Shown: positions 38,619 through 50,766, numbered from the stretch's first letter. The stretch: DNA of 64,000 nucleotides from Candidatus Microgenomates bacterium (GCA_003576945.1 QEVC01000001.1:26129-90128), one strand, 5' to 3'. Numbers and translations are program-made. Notes: a model not told the origin generated them from the letters alone.

Positions 38619-40127
38619 CTATTTTTTACTAGCAAGATCTTTTATTCCTGCCGCCATTTGTTTTTGGTAATCGAGCTGTCTTGTTGCTTCGCGTTGGTGT
38701 TCTAGGCTTGTCTTCCAGCCATAGGCTGTCTTACCTAGTGCCATGGCTCCACCTAAGCCAGCGCCGATCTCGCTGGTGTATGGAGATTCTTTGACCTGGA
38801 GCCAGTCCATCGCCATCTTGGCAGCGGCGGGGGTCATGGTAAAGATAAAGAATCCGATTAGTCCCATTAGATCGTTGGCTTGGAGATCAGTACCAGTAAG
38901 GGTGAAGGGTGGGAGCCACATCGCGCCATCGTCTCCTGTTTGAGCATAGAAAGAACTACTACTATCGATACCAAATGGATTACCATCGACACCAAAAGCG
39001 CCGGTGTTCCAGAGCGTGGATTTGGAGGGATCACCGACAAGTATGGCGGCAAAAATAAACATAGCGGCGACTACTGGGAAGGGGAGGAGATAGCTAGCAG
39101 TTTTTTTGAGCCATTCGGAGAAGGCTTTGCTACCAGGCATGGCGTTCATGAGGATTTGGATCGGAGCGGTTACTGTCTGGATAATTAACATTACATAAGC
39201 TTTGACTAAGACAAAGAGCAGCTTAATCATTGTGACTCCGAGCCAGACTGCGGCGATAAGGGCGGAGGGGGAGAAGATGGCGACCCCTTTGCCAATAAAT
39301 CCAGTTAGGCCATCACCAACACCTGAGAGGAGCCTGTCAGAGGCAGCGGCGACTGCCCAGATGACACTATTACGGCCAGAAAAGATTACACTCCACGCTG
39401 ATCCACCCAAGAGACGACTAATTGCGTCGACGGGAGTTCCAATAATACCAATAGTGCTGAGTAGATAAACCAGGAAATAGATCAGAAAATACATGATGTC
39501 GATCATAAAGCCGACTATGGCATAGCTAAAAGTGATAAGAAGGAGAGTGATTAGGAGGTTGGGGAGTGCGGCTTGGATAGTGATGACAGTCTGAGCATTA
39601 ATTTTGGTTCTGAGCATGATCATGATACCTACCACCACAAACATTACGATATAAAGTGCGTAGGCGACGTTGCGAAAACCTTTCCAGAATTCGAGAAACG
39701 GTCCCATGGCGGCATACCCAGTACCTTGAGCGTAGGCGCGTGGAGCCAGAGTGGGGAGACCAATATTGTTGGCAATGTCAGCTAGATATTGTTGACTAGT
39801 GATCCCGTTTTGAAACAGAGAAGCCACCATTTTTCCCGACTGTGGTAGGAGTGCTGCAGTATTACAATTTTTACCGCTCGCATCTTGTAATCCACCAATC
39901 ATAAGAACTGGGGTAGCGATAAGAGTAATGGGTTGGCGCCCTGGTTTGTAGTCACTCTCACCACCATCTGTTTCATATTCACTGAGATCACAGTTGCCAA
40001 CACTACCAAATTCGTATTTAAAAAGATTGTTTGGTGTATTACCAGATACATCAGAAATTGATGCATGTGTGGATTGTGGTATAGCTAAAGTAAGTATTAC
40101 ATAAGCCAGAAGGAGAAATTTTTTCAT
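38619..40127 (-). CDS. Polytopic membrane protein with signal peptide (VirB6/TrbL-like candidate)
   Basis: 502 aa with signal peptide MKKFLLLAYVILTLAIPQSTHA and at least 6 TM helices. The assignment is by position. Confidence 0.45.
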   Translation of the reverse strand: MKKFLLLAYVILTLAIPQSTHASISDVSGNTPNNLFKYEFGSVGNCDLSEYETDGGESDYKPGRQPITLIATPVLMIGGLQDASGKNCNTAALLPQSGKMVASLFQNGITSQQYLADIANNIGLPTLAPRAYAQGTGYAAMGPFLEFWKGFRNVAYALYIVMFVVVGIMIMLRTKINAQTVITIQAALPNLLITLLLITFSYAIVGFMIDIMYFLIYFLVYLLSTIGIIGTPVDAISRLLGGSAWSVIFSGRNSVIWAVAAASDRLLSGVGDGLTGFIGKGVAIFSPSALIAAVWLGVTMIKLLFVLVKAYVMLIIQTVTAPIQILMNAMPGSKAFSEWLKKTASYLLPFPVVAAMFIFAAILVGDPSKSTLWNTGAFGVDGNPFGIDSSSSFYAQTGDDGAMWLPPFTLTGTDLQANDLMGLIGFFIFTMTPAAAKMAMDWLQVKESPYTSEIGAGLGGAMALGKTAYGWKTSLEHQREATRQLDYQKQMAAGIKDLASKK

Positions 40128-40141
40128 AGATTAGTGCGATT

Positions 40142-40687
40142 TTAGCGCAGTAGGCCAAGTTTATCTACCCATTCGTTGGCGGTGACGCGGACGTAATCAG
40201 CTTGACCGTAATCAAATAGGAGTTGTTTGGGTTCGATGCCGGACTCGCGGAGGAGCTGGAGAGCTTTGGTAAAGGTCTCTTGAAAAGCCTGGAGATTAGG
40301 ATTTTTCTCGGGATCGAGCTCGTCTTTGTTGAGATAGGAGAGGCCAGTAATGTCGAGGCGCGTGAGAGAGGGCTCGGTCGGGTGAAGAGTGATGTCGATA
40401 CTAGTATCGATACCCACGGAGGTTTTGAAATTGCGCATCCTGATCGGGAGGCGATCTGCGATAAGAGTGCGGTAACTGATGGCGTTATTTACTTTTTCCT
40501 CGGTGAGATTGGTAAAGTCGGAGAAGGGGTTATTGTTTGAGGATTGTTCTTGTGGGGTGCTAACTGGCGTGGGATTAGGGGTGCGTGAACTAAAGATTAA
40601 AACTAAAAAAAGAATAATGATCGAAATAGAAACGGCGGTTAGGAGAAATTTGTTGGTAAAGAGACGTTTGGTGAGTTGTTGTAGCAT
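40142..40687 (-). CDS. N-terminally anchored small protein, paralogue of 41914-42432
   Basis: Start moved to MLQQLTKRLF... so it matches the paralogue. The shared block is NLTEEKVNNAISYRTLIADRLPIRMRNFKTSVGIDTSIDI...LSYLNKDELDPEKNPN. Confidence 0.45.
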   Translation of the reverse strand: MLQQLTKRLFTNKFLLTAVSISIIILFLVLIFSSRTPNPTPVSTPQEQSSNNNPFSDFTNLTEEKVNNAISYRTLIADRLPIRMRNFKTSVGIDTSIDITLHPTEPSLTRLDITGLSYLNKDELDPEKNPNLQAFQETFTKALQLLRESGIEPKQLLFDYGQADYVRVTANEWVDKLGLLR

Positions 40688-40704
40688 AAGATTTAGTATA
40701 CAGA

Positions 40705-41841
40705 CTAACTGAGTAGTTGTGGGAGTGTCTGGAGGGCTTGTTTGATGGGTAATATCTGAATGTTTTCGATTTTTCTTTCCCGTTCTCCGCCATAAAAGAC
40801 AAAACACTTGGCAGATGGATATTCGGAGTAAAAAGTTTTGAGACCACGTATATCTTTTAGACTCACTTTATCCGAGTGTTTGACCTCGATGGCTATTAAA
40901 CCTGAGTTGCCATATAGAATAAAGTCTACTTCTACTCCATGAGTAGTACGCCAAAAGAATACGTTGTAATCAAGCTCCAAATTTGAGACGATTGCATTTA
41001 AGTTTTGCCAGACTAAACTTTCCCAGGCTATTCCTTCGATTTCATGGGGACTGTTAAGTGGGCCACTCGGCCTAAGAGTTTGGTAGATTCCAACATCGAA
41101 GAAGTAAAATTTGTTGTGAGAAACGAGTTTTCTTTTTGATTTGTGGGTAAAGACTGGGAGACGAGATGCAACGAGCAAATCTTCGAGAATACTAAGGTAG
41201 TTTTCGACAACCTTTCGCTCGATCATTGCTTCGCGAGCGATCTCTGAGGTGTTAATCAGCGAACCCTGAGAGTAGCTTATTGTTTCGAGAAATCTTGCAA
41301 AAGCACCAATGTTGCGAGTTAATCCTTCCTGCTTTACTTCCTGGGTGAGATAGGTGTTGACATAGCTCTCGAGATATTTCTTTGGATATTTGGTTGTTTG
41401 AGTGGTGGGTAACAGTCCATATTTTACTGCCTTTTTAAAGTCAAAATCTTTGCCTAGTTCGACTGCGCTTAAGGGTAGTAGATTATAGGTGAGCGCGCGA
41501 CCTGCAAGAAGATTAACACCACTTTTTCGTAATTTGCGTGCACTACTACCAGTTAAAACAAATTGATAGTGATGTGATTCGATTAGGCGATGTACTTCGT
41601 GCAGCAATTCGGGGATGCGTTGAATTTCGTCGAGAATAACTGGACTTTTGTTGTTGAAAGGAATTATCTCATCTAGTCTGCTAGGATTGGCTACTAATTC
41701 GTTGTAAACCCTAGCCTCTAGAAGATCCAAATATAGAGCATTGGGATATTTCTGACGCACTAAAGTAGTTTTTCCTGCCCCGCGAGGCCCAAGTAGGAAG
41801 ATGCTTTCATCGCGAGGTAAAACGATATTTCTGGAATACAT
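40705..41841 (-). CDS. AAA+ ATPase, DUF4143 family
   Basis: Walker A LLGPRGAGKTTLV, plus a C-terminal domain typical of DUF4143 proteins. Confidence 0.7.
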   Translation of the reverse strand: MYSRNIVLPRDESIFLLGPRGAGKTTLVRQKYPNALYLDLLEARVYNELVANPSRLDEIIPFNNKSPVILDEIQRIPELLHEVHRLIESHHYQFVLTGSSARKLRKSGVNLLAGRALTYNLLPLSAVELGKDFDFKKAVKYGLLPTTQTTKYPKKYLESYVNTYLTQEVKQEGLTRNIGAFARFLETISYSQGSLINTSEIAREAMIERKVVENYLSILEDLLVASRLPVFTHKSKRKLVSHNKFYFFDVGIYQTLRPSGPLNSPHEIEGIAWESLVWQNLNAIVSNLELDYNVFFWRTTHGVEVDFILYGNSGLIAIEVKHSDKVSLKDIRGLKTFYSEYPSAKCFVFYGGERERKIENIQILPIKQALQTLPQLLS

Positions 41842-41913
41842 AACTCCATTTTAACCAAATATTTGGAGTTGTCAACTCCAAATATTTGCTTGTTAGTACA
41901 AATAGAACTCGAG

Positions 41914-42432
41914 TTAGCGAAGAAGGTCTAGTTGTTCTACCCAGTAGGTGGCGGTGGTGTGTATATCTGTTCGGTCGCCATAACTAAAAATGAATTGGGT
42001 AGGATCGGCACCAGACTCACGAATGAGGGATAGCGCGCGGGCGTAGCTCTCGGCAAAGGCGATGATATTGGGGTTCTTTTTAGGGTCGAGTTCATCTTTG
42101 TGAAGGTAACTTAGACCGTAGATCTCGAGACGCATGAGGGAGGGATCGTCGTCACTGAGTGAGTAAATGTTAATAGTCGTGGTGATGCCAACGCTGGTTT
42201 TGAAGTCTTTGAGATAGATTGGGAAGCGATCCTGGACGAGCTTGCGGTAGTTTATGGCATTTTTTACTTTTTCCTCTGTGAGGTTAGTTAGTTCGGCGCG
42301 GAGCTGCGTGGTCGTGGGTTCGGGTGGGGGAGAAGAGAGAGGCGGGGTGGTCTTTCGTGGGGAGATGATAAGTATGAGTATTAGGATGAAAATTGAGATC
42401 GAGAAAGCGATGATAAAGAATTTTTTATTCAT
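41914..42432 (-). CDS. N-terminally anchored small protein, paralogue of 40142-40687
   Basis: RAELTNLTEEKVKNAINYRKLVQDRFPIYLKDFKTSVGITTTINI...LSYLHKDELDPKKNPN. Confidence 0.45.
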   Translation of the reverse strand: MNKKFFIIAFSISIFILILILIISPRKTTPPLSSPPPEPTTTQLRAELTNLTEEKVKNAINYRKLVQDRFPIYLKDFKTSVGITTTINIYSLSDDDPSLMRLEIYGLSYLHKDELDPKKNPNIIAFAESYARALSLIRESGADPTQFIFSYGDRTDIHTTATYWVEQLDLLR

Positions 42433-42433
42433 A

Positions 42434-45312
<2,879 letters not shown>

Positions 45313-45316
<4 letters not shown>

Positions 45317-45600
45317 GATTGGAAGCCAAAGTTGAATTGAGTAACTGGAGCGCCGGTTAGGTTTTCGATGAGGAGGAGAATGAGCCAGGAGATAATCGCG
45401 AGGGCGAGGCCGCCGACAGCGAGACCAATAGTTTGTTTACCACCTTGTAATCCCTTGGGATCACCACCGCTCGTTAGGATTTTGAAGCCACCGACTAAGA
45501 TCATAATAAAAGCAATCATGCCAATTAAAGGGATTATGGCTGATAAAACATTGCCAAAGTAGTCTGGTAGTTGATCGAGGCGTGCGGCGTCTGAGTCCAT
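45313..45600 (-). CDS. Small two-TM VirB2/TrbC-like (pilin-like) protein, array member 1
   Basis: 95 aa: hydrophobic helix, FKILTSGGDPKG loop, second helix LAVGGLALAIISWLILLLIENLTG. The 4-nt overlap (ATGA) with the upstream gene suggests translational coupling. Confidence 0.5.
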
Positions 45601-45614
45601 GTTTGTAATTATAG

Positions 45615-45646
45615 TACAAAAACCCCGCTTACGCGGGGTTTATTGC
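45615..45646 (-). terminator. Rho-independent terminator inside the pilin-like array
   Basis: CCCCGC-TTAC-GCGGGG hairpin. On the minus strand it is followed by TTTTTG. Confidence 0.5.
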
Positions 45647-45666
45647 ATTGTTTGTAACAAAAAGTC

Positions 45667-46020
45667 TTAGTAAGCAGTTGGAGGAGTGATGTTGTCGTTG
45701 AGGATCGAGATACCAAAGAAGTATTGGATGATCAACATGACGGCCCAGGCGGAGGCGACGACGGCGAGACCGACGAGTGCAGCGGTGATACGATCGCGCG
45801 CTTCTTGGGTTTTACCTTTATCTCCACCACTAGTGATCCATTGAATACCACCCCAGATGAGGTACATAAAGACGAGGAGCGCAGAGACGAGGAGAGCGCC
45901 TTGGACGGCACCTTTGATCAACGTTCCAATATTGGTGATTGCGACGTTATCTGGCTTGCCGATTGAGAGATCTGGAGCAGCTGGTGCAGCCATAACTTTT
46001 TCAACGATTGAGAATGACAT
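45667..46020 (-). CDS. Small two-TM pilin-like protein, array member 2
   Basis: ...YLIWGGIQWITSGGDKGKTQEARDRITAALVGLAVVASAWAVMLIIQYFFGI. Confidence 0.5.
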   Translation of the reverse strand: MSFSIVEKVMAAPAAPDLSIGKPDNVAITNIGTLIKGAVQGALLVSALLVFMYLIWGGIQWITSGGDKGKTQEARDRITAALVGLAVVASAWAVMLIIQYFFGISILNDNITPPTAY

Positions 46021-46040
46021 ATTTATCTCCTTATGTATTA

Positions 46041-46069
46041 GTACTTAGTACATAGTACATGGTACATGG
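46041..46069. repeat. GTACATAG-type 8-nt periodic repeat immediately upstream of array member 2
   Basis: gtacttagtacatagtacatggtacatgg. Related copies at 22235-22250, 46811-46833 and 53188-53216. Confidence 0.5.
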
Positions 46070-46109
46070 TTATAATTCTAGTATTTCTGATTATAGCAAT
46101 AATATTAAG

Positions 46110-46454
46110 TTATTTGGTAATCCCAATACCAAAGAAGTAATCGACGAGCAGATAGACTGCCCAAGCTGAGGCGACGATGGCGAGACCAACAATTGCCTGA
46201 GTGATTTTGTTCCTGGCCTCCTCGAGCTTGCCTTTGTCGCCACCGGCAGTGATCCAGTTGATCCCGCCGTAGACGAGATACATAAACGTGGCTAGACCTG
46301 CAACCAAGATCACTGCTGAGAAACTACGTGAGACAAAGGTTCCTAGATCTTCATTAATTGCTACCCTAGACTTAACCTGATCGTCGACGTTGATCGCAAA
46401 ACTACCACCTTGGGCGGATGCAGTTTTGATTAGTTTTAAAGTTGTAAAGTCCAT
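46110..46454 (-). CDS. Small two-TM pilin-like protein, array member 3
   Basis: ...YLVYGGINWITAGGDKGKLEEARNKITQAIVGLAIVASAWAVYLLVDYFFGI. Confidence 0.5.
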   Translation of the reverse strand: MDFTTLKLIKTASAQGGSFAINVDDQVKSRVAINEDLGTFVSRSFSAVILVAGLATFMYLVYGGINWITAGGDKGKLEEARNKITQAIVGLAIVASAWAVYLLVDYFFGIGITK

Positions 46455-46467
46455 AAAGTTTTTGAAG

Positions 46468-46863
46468 CTACCCTGCGGTAGGCCAGATAATATTTAATAA
46501 ATCAAGTCCGATGGCAGACTCGATAAACTTAACTACGACGTAGCTGGCTGCTAGGACAGCTAGACCAATTAATCCCTGGGTGATTTTGGCTCTACTCTCG
46601 TCAAGTTTACCCTTGTCGCCACCAGCAAGGATCCAGTTGAGTCCACCCCAAAGAAAGTAGAGAAGGAAGGCTAGTCCACCAACAATTATAATGGTTTGCC
46701 AGAGAGTGGCCATGGTAATTGCGAATTGTTGGGGCGCACTGTCGGGTGATTCTCCACCTGGAATTGCAGTGTTGGTGATCGCGGCGCGCGCGAGAGGGGC
46801 ACGAGAAGATAGTACATAGTACGTGGTACATAGCTGGAGGAAAATGATCTGTTTAAGTTTCAT
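46468..46863 (-). CDS. Small two-TM pilin-like protein, array member 4 (with signal peptide)
   Basis: MKLKQIIFLQLCTTYYVLSS... then YFLWGGLNWILAGGDKGKLDESRAKITQGLIGLAVLAASYVVV. Confidence 0.5.
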   Translation of the reverse strand: MKLKQIIFLQLCTTYYVLSSRAPLARAAITNTAIPGGESPDSAPQQFAITMATLWQTIIIVGGLAFLLYFLWGGLNWILAGGDKGKLDESRAKITQGLIGLAVLAASYVVVKFIESAIGLDLLNIIWPTAG

Positions 46864-46865
46864 AT

Positions 46866-47228
46866 TTAATTAAAGGTTAGTCCTTGAATAAGCACGCCGG
46901 GCTCGAGGATGTTAAGACCGAGGGCGGCACTCACGATCCAGGTGATGGAGTAGGAGAGAACGATAATAATTAAACCAATGGCGCCGCCAGTCATCATGCC
47001 TTTGGCCTTGTCAATTTTGCCTTTGTCACCACCGGCAGTAATCCAGTTAAGACCTCCCAAAAGAAAGTAGAGAACAAATGCGATTCCCGCAATAACAGTT
47101 AAAACTACAAGAGTGTTACTGATTAGTTTTTCGACAGCACTAGTACTACCATCGATGCCACCACCAGGTTGATAGCCGCCGGGAGTGGTGATGGTTTGAA
47201 AATCTAAGGCTTTGACTTTGGTAATCAT
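46866..47228 (-). CDS. Small two-TM pilin-like protein, array member 5
   Basis: ...YFLLGGLNWITAGGDKGKIDKAKGMMTGGAIGLIIIVLSY. Confidence 0.5.
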   Translation of the reverse strand: MITKVKALDFQTITTPGGYQPGGGIDGSTSAVEKLISNTLVVLTVIAGIAFVLYFLLGGLNWITAGGDKGKIDKAKGMMTGGAIGLIIIVLSYSITWIVSAALGLNILEPGVLIQGLTFN

Positions 47229-47234
47229 AGGTTA

Positions 47235-47570
47235 TTAAAGACTCCCGGGGCCAGTAATACTAGGTGTTAGGATGGCACCAGCGTTGTTGAATAATAGAAA
47301 AGAGACGACACCAGTGACTGCGGCAGCGCCCACCATAATAATTAGACCAAGGAGAGACATATTGATTGAGTACATGGCCGCTTGAATTTTTTTCTCGTCA
47401 CCACCCGCGGTAATGTAGGTAAAACCAGCGATCATGAGATTGAAGAAAGCATAAAGTCCGGCGGCGGCAAAGATGACGGTAATAACATTACTCACAAAAC
47501 TGGGAAGACCGGTGTCGACGTTGCCGTAGCCGGTGATGGGACTATCGATGCTACCAAAGACGCCTGCCAT
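47235..47570 (-). CDS. Small two-TM pilin-like protein, array member 6 (divergent)
   Basis: ...FNLMIAGFTYITAGGDEKKIQAAMYSINMSLLGLIIMVGAAAV. Confidence 0.45.
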   Translation of the reverse strand: MAGVFGSIDSPITGYGNVDTGLPSFVSNVITVIFAAAGLYAFFNLMIAGFTYITAGGDEKKIQAAMYSINMSLLGLIIMVGAAAVTGVVSFLLFNNAGAILTPSITGPGSL

Positions 47571-47574
47571 AATT

Positions 47575-47877
47575 TTATAAAATCTCTAGTCCGGTGACGA
47601 TTTGGATAATTTGAATTATCCAATACGACCCGAAGACAACTAATAAACCCATTATAGCAAAAGTAATAGTTTTTTTACCCTCCTCCATCTTGTGAGCATC
47701 GCTTGCACCGCTAATTACATTAAAGCCGCCAAGAATAAACATAAAAAAAAGTACTAGTCCGGCGGCAACATAAACATTAGGAAGAATGGCGTTAATTAAG
47801 TCGCTCGCACTGCTGTAGGTGGAATCAGCACCACTACCTTGGAAAATTAGCTTTTCACCCAGATTAAAGCCAGCCAT
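47575..47877 (-). CDS. Small two-TM pilin-like protein, array member 7 (divergent), first gene of the array
   Basis: ...FMFILGGFNVISGASDAHKMEEGKKTITFAIMGLLVVFGSYWIIQIIQ. Confidence 0.45.
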   Translation of the reverse strand: MAGFNLGEKLIFQGSGADSTYSSASDLINAILPNVYVAAGLVLFFMFILGGFNVISGASDAHKMEEGKKTITFAIMGLLVVFGSYWIIQIIQIVTGLEIL

Positions 47878-47914
47878 GAAGTTAGTATAGCGTATACAGT
47901 ATAATGAATAAAGT

Positions 47915-48454
47915 ATGGATCATCTGGTAGAACAGGTATTATCAGGGCAAAAGGGAGCGGCGACGCGGTTTTACCATAAATATAGTCCGATGTTGCGGAG
48001 GTTTTTAAATGCCAAATTGCCGAGCCCGGCAGATGCCGAGGAATTGCTTCAAGACACATTTTTGTCTGTTTTTGATTCTCTGCCTCTTTATCGAGGAGAG
48101 TGTAGTGTTATTTCTTGGATTTATTCGATCGCGAGACATGAAGTGGCGGATTTTTATCGCAAGCGGTATGTACGAGAACTAGTGGAAAAAACCAACCCCT
48201 TGTTTGAAGAGCTCTTGGAGACAGTTGAAACCCCAGAAAAAGTTTGGGATAAGACTAAGGTGCGAGCAAGATTTTTTGGGGCGTACAAAAGCCTTAATCA
48301 ATCATACCAAGATGTGTTGTCGTACCGGTACGAATTATCACTGTCTGTTAAGGAGATTGCAGTGAAAATGAGACTTACTTTTAAAGCGACAGAATCACTG
48401 CTTTATCGGGCGCGAGTCGCATTTAGCCTCGCTTATAACAATTATGCAGAGTGA
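47915..48454 (+). CDS. ECF-type sigma-70 family RNA polymerase sigma factor
   Basis: Region 2 is ELLQDTFLSVFDSLPLYRGECSVISWIYSIARHEVADFYRKRY. Region 4 is YQDVLSYRYELSLSVKEIAVKMRLTFKATESLLYRARVAF. A TATAAT sits 12 nt upstream of the start. Confidence 0.7.
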   Translation: MDHLVEQVLSGQKGAATRFYHKYSPMLRRFLNAKLPSPADAEELLQDTFLSVFDSLPLYRGECSVISWIYSIARHEVADFYRKRYVRELVEKTNPLFEELLETVETPEKVWDKTKVRARFFGAYKSLNQSYQDVLSYRYELSLSVKEIAVKMRLTFKATESLLYRARVAFSLAYNNYAE

Positions 48455-48674
48455 AGCCGAATTTTTGAAAGTAATTGAGAAAAAATCTAAAGAAGAGAAA
48501 AGAGTTCTTGATACTGAGCTGATGCCTAGTTGGGCTAAGGGGATGGGGGAGTGGCTCGTGGTCAACCCGTGGCGGGTAATGGTGCCTATGGCAGGTATTT
48601 TGTATTTAGGGCTAAGAATAGTGTATGGGCAAAATTTTAGAGAGCTAATTTTGGGGTTATTTGGAGGATTTTAG
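48444..48674 (+). CDS. Small single-TM protein (possible anti-sigma factor)
   Basis: 76 aa with a TM (VVNPWRVMVPMAGILYLGLRIV). It overlaps the sigma gene by 11 nt. Inference by position. Confidence 0.3.
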   Translation: MQSEAEFLKVIEKKSKEEKRVLDTELMPSWAKGMGEWLVVNPWRVMVPMAGILYLGLRIVYGQNFRELILGLFGGF

Positions 48675-48675
48675 T

Positions 48676-48987
48676 ATGAAGAAGTCGGTTTTAGTTCTTT
48701 GGATGAGTTATGTCTGGGGGACGACGCTCGCAGGTTTGGCAATTCATCCATATCAGTCGATCAGGAGAATTGTATTAACCAAGCGAATATTATTACCAGT
48801 TACCTTGTCACCAGTACTGGGGTTAGTTGTTTTATTTGTGGTTGGGAGAGTGGGGAGCTACGTGTTTACACTTGGAGCGTGGGGAAGAGAGATGATGGCT
48901 TTGGTTTTGGGGAGCACGCTCATTGGGTTGTTGATGTGGCAAGGGTTACTACTCCTATTGGTGTGGCGTTTTTGGCGTGTGCGTTAG
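48676..48987 (+). CDS. Small polytopic membrane protein
   Basis: Start moved to MKKSVLVLW. Three hydrophobic helices. Confidence 0.3.
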   Translation: MKKSVLVLWMSYVWGTTLAGLAIHPYQSIRRIVLTKRILLPVTLSPVLGLVVLFVVGRVGSYVFTLGAWGREMMALVLGSTLIGLLMWQGLLLLLVWRFWRVR

Positions 48988-49346
48988 AGGTGATCGACGA
49001 TGGCGGTTTCGCCAAAGTATCCCAATTTCAGTAGTAGCTTGTCTCGTGTGAGAAAATATTGACATTTTCCCTGGGTTGCGGAGTGAAGTTGAATGTTGTC
49101 TTCTAGATCATTGGTTGGACCAACAAGAGCACGTTGGAGGATGATATTAGACAAATTTACGACACCTATGTTTTTTAGAAGTATGTCGATTTCCATGGAA
49201 GGGACGTTGGTTTTTGTTGCGTAACATAAGATGTGGCAAGAGAGAGGGGAGATGTATAGCTTGTGGTCTGTAAGTTCTGTTATTTTGCCCGTATCGCGCC
49301 TAAATAGGTCGATCAGGATGTTGGTGTCAAGATATATGCTTGCCAT
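48984..49346 (-). CDS. PIN-domain toxin (VapC-like)
   Basis: MASIYLDTNILIDLF...LTRDKLLL match conserved PIN acidic-residue positions. Confidence 0.65.
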   Translation of the reverse strand: MASIYLDTNILIDLFRRDTGKITELTDHKLYISPLSCHILCYATKTNVPSMEIDILLKNIGVVNLSNIILQRALVGPTNDLEDNIQLHSATQGKCQYFLTRDKLLLKLGYFGETAIVDHL

Positions 49347-49593
49347 ATTTTTTTTGGATATAGTCGTCGTAGTTCTTCTTTCTTTGTGCGTCAGAAATTT
49401 TGTTAGTTTTGAGATTTTTGGTGAGTTCTAGATATTTTTTACCATCAAAAGGCCGAGCAGGCTTATCTTCTGGAGGAGAGATAACGCCAAGGACTTGGGA
49501 GCGATGAATCAACTGGACAGAGTGGCCTGCCATGAGTGCATCAACCAGGACGGTAGTATTAGTTCTAAGCTGGGTAGTGGTTATGAAGTTCAT
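49327..49593 (-). CDS. Phd/YefM-type antitoxin
   Basis: MNFITTTQLRTNTTVLVDALMAGHSVQLIHRSQVLGVISP fits the Phd/YefM N-terminal pattern. Overlaps the PIN gene by 20 nt. Confidence 0.5.
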   Translation of the reverse strand: MNFITTTQLRTNTTVLVDALMAGHSVQLIHRSQVLGVISPPEDKPARPFDGKKYLELTKNLKTNKISDAQRKKNYDDYIQKKYGKHIS

Positions 49594-49672
49594 ATACACT
49601 TAAATATACATTTAAATGTATATTTGTCAAGTTGGGCGAATGGTTTTGGTGTAAGTAGGCGACTAATAGGGT

Positions 49673-49894
49673 ATGAGTGGATGGGAAATTCCAAGACATT
49701 GGAGATTAAAGAAACAAAGATATTCTTTGGTGGGGAAAGTCTGTCCACACTGTGACCACAAAATATTCCCCCCAAGGGATGTGTGTCCAAACTGTGGAGC
49801 GGAGGCACATGTGACTATCGCGACAGTTGCTGCAGACGAAAAAGGAGACACAACCCTAGCGCTTGCTTTGAGACAAAACGTAGTCCCCGAATGA
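49673..49894 (+). CDS. Small zinc-ribbon protein (CPHC...CPNC)
   Basis: KVCPHCDHKIFPPRDVCPNCGAEAHV, a four-Cys ribbon. Immediately upstream of idi. Confidence 0.35.
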   Translation: MSGWEIPRHWRLKKQRYSLVGKVCPHCDHKIFPPRDVCPNCGAEAHVTIATVAADEKGDTTLALALRQNVVPE

Positions 49895-49923
49895 TTTTAT
49901 TTAATTTAGCGACTTAACTTTTT

Positions 49924-50517
49924 ATGCAGAACGTAGACTACAGCGTATATGAAGGGAGAAGAGTCGTTTTGGTGGACGAAAACGATAACGAGATTGGAAC
50001 AGAGGATATTTTGATAGCTCATCAGGGGAGTGGCAAGAAACATAGGGCATTGTCAGTGATACTTTATCGAAAAGTTGATGGGAAGATTGAGATCCTGATG
50101 CAGAAGAGATCTGGAGGTAAACCCGTTTTTCGACATTTATGGAGCAATACTTGTTGTACCAACCTGAGTCCTGGTGACACCTATATCGAGCGAGCGGTGT
50201 CACGACTAAAGGAGGAGATGGGAATAGAAATTAGACCAGATAGCTTGAAGACTTTGTATAGATTTAGCTACGAGGCGTTGGACCCCACCAACCCAGGTTG
50301 GTGCGAGAACGAGGTGGATACGATGATAGTGGGCGAATGGGATCCTTCGACAAGCTCAGGACAAGTTGGAATGAAATTAAATCCAGCAGAGGCTGAGGAT
50401 GCTAGGTGGATGGAGATAGAAGAAATGAGAGCGGATATGGAGCGAAACCCTGAGACTTATTCGCCTTGGCATAAATTAATTATTAATGATCCACGATTTG
50501 TGGAGGAGGTAGTATGA
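49924..50517 (+). CDS. idi: Isopentenyl-diphosphate delta-isomerase, type 1 (Nudix fold)
   Basis: HRALSVILYRK...LWSNTCCTNLSPGD...WCENEVDTMIVGEW matches the type-1 IDI signatures (TNTCCSHP / WGEHE-like). Confidence 0.65.
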   Translation: MQNVDYSVYEGRRVVLVDENDNEIGTEDILIAHQGSGKKHRALSVILYRKVDGKIEILMQKRSGGKPVFRHLWSNTCCTNLSPGDTYIERAVSRLKEEMGIEIRPDSLKTLYRFSYEALDPTNPGWCENEVDTMIVGEWDPSTSSGQVGMKLNPAEAEDARWMEIEEMRADMERNPETYSPWHKLIINDPRFVEEVV

Positions 50518-50765
50518 GCGGCAGAACTTTTGCTGAAGCACTTAGAGAATTTAATTTAGACATAACTATAAATGCGGCGGTGCGACCTTTTAACCTATTT
50601 GTGGAAAGTGAGCAGGGTTCAATTTTGGTAACTCGAAAGGAAGTAGGAGGTCCATATGTGGCATATATAGATGGGAGAGAGTTCCCTGCTGTGTCTGATG
50701 GTGGGAAAGGTGTTGGCGTTGATGGTGTTTTTCATTTTTCATTGGAAGATAATCCACTAGGCTAA
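50514..50765 (+). CDS. Hypothetical small protein
   Basis: ORF only. Start overlaps the idi stop. Confidence 0.3.
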   Translation: MSGRTFAEALREFNLDITINAAVRPFNLFVESEQGSILVTRKEVGGPYVAYIDGREFPAVSDGGKGVGVDGVFHFSLEDNPLG

Positions 50766-50766
50766 T

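Noticed and set aside
47847-48059. 70-aa minus-strand ORF overlapping the sigma-factor gene start
   Set aside because: It overlaps a well-supported sigma-70 family CDS and the divergent promoter gap, and has no features.
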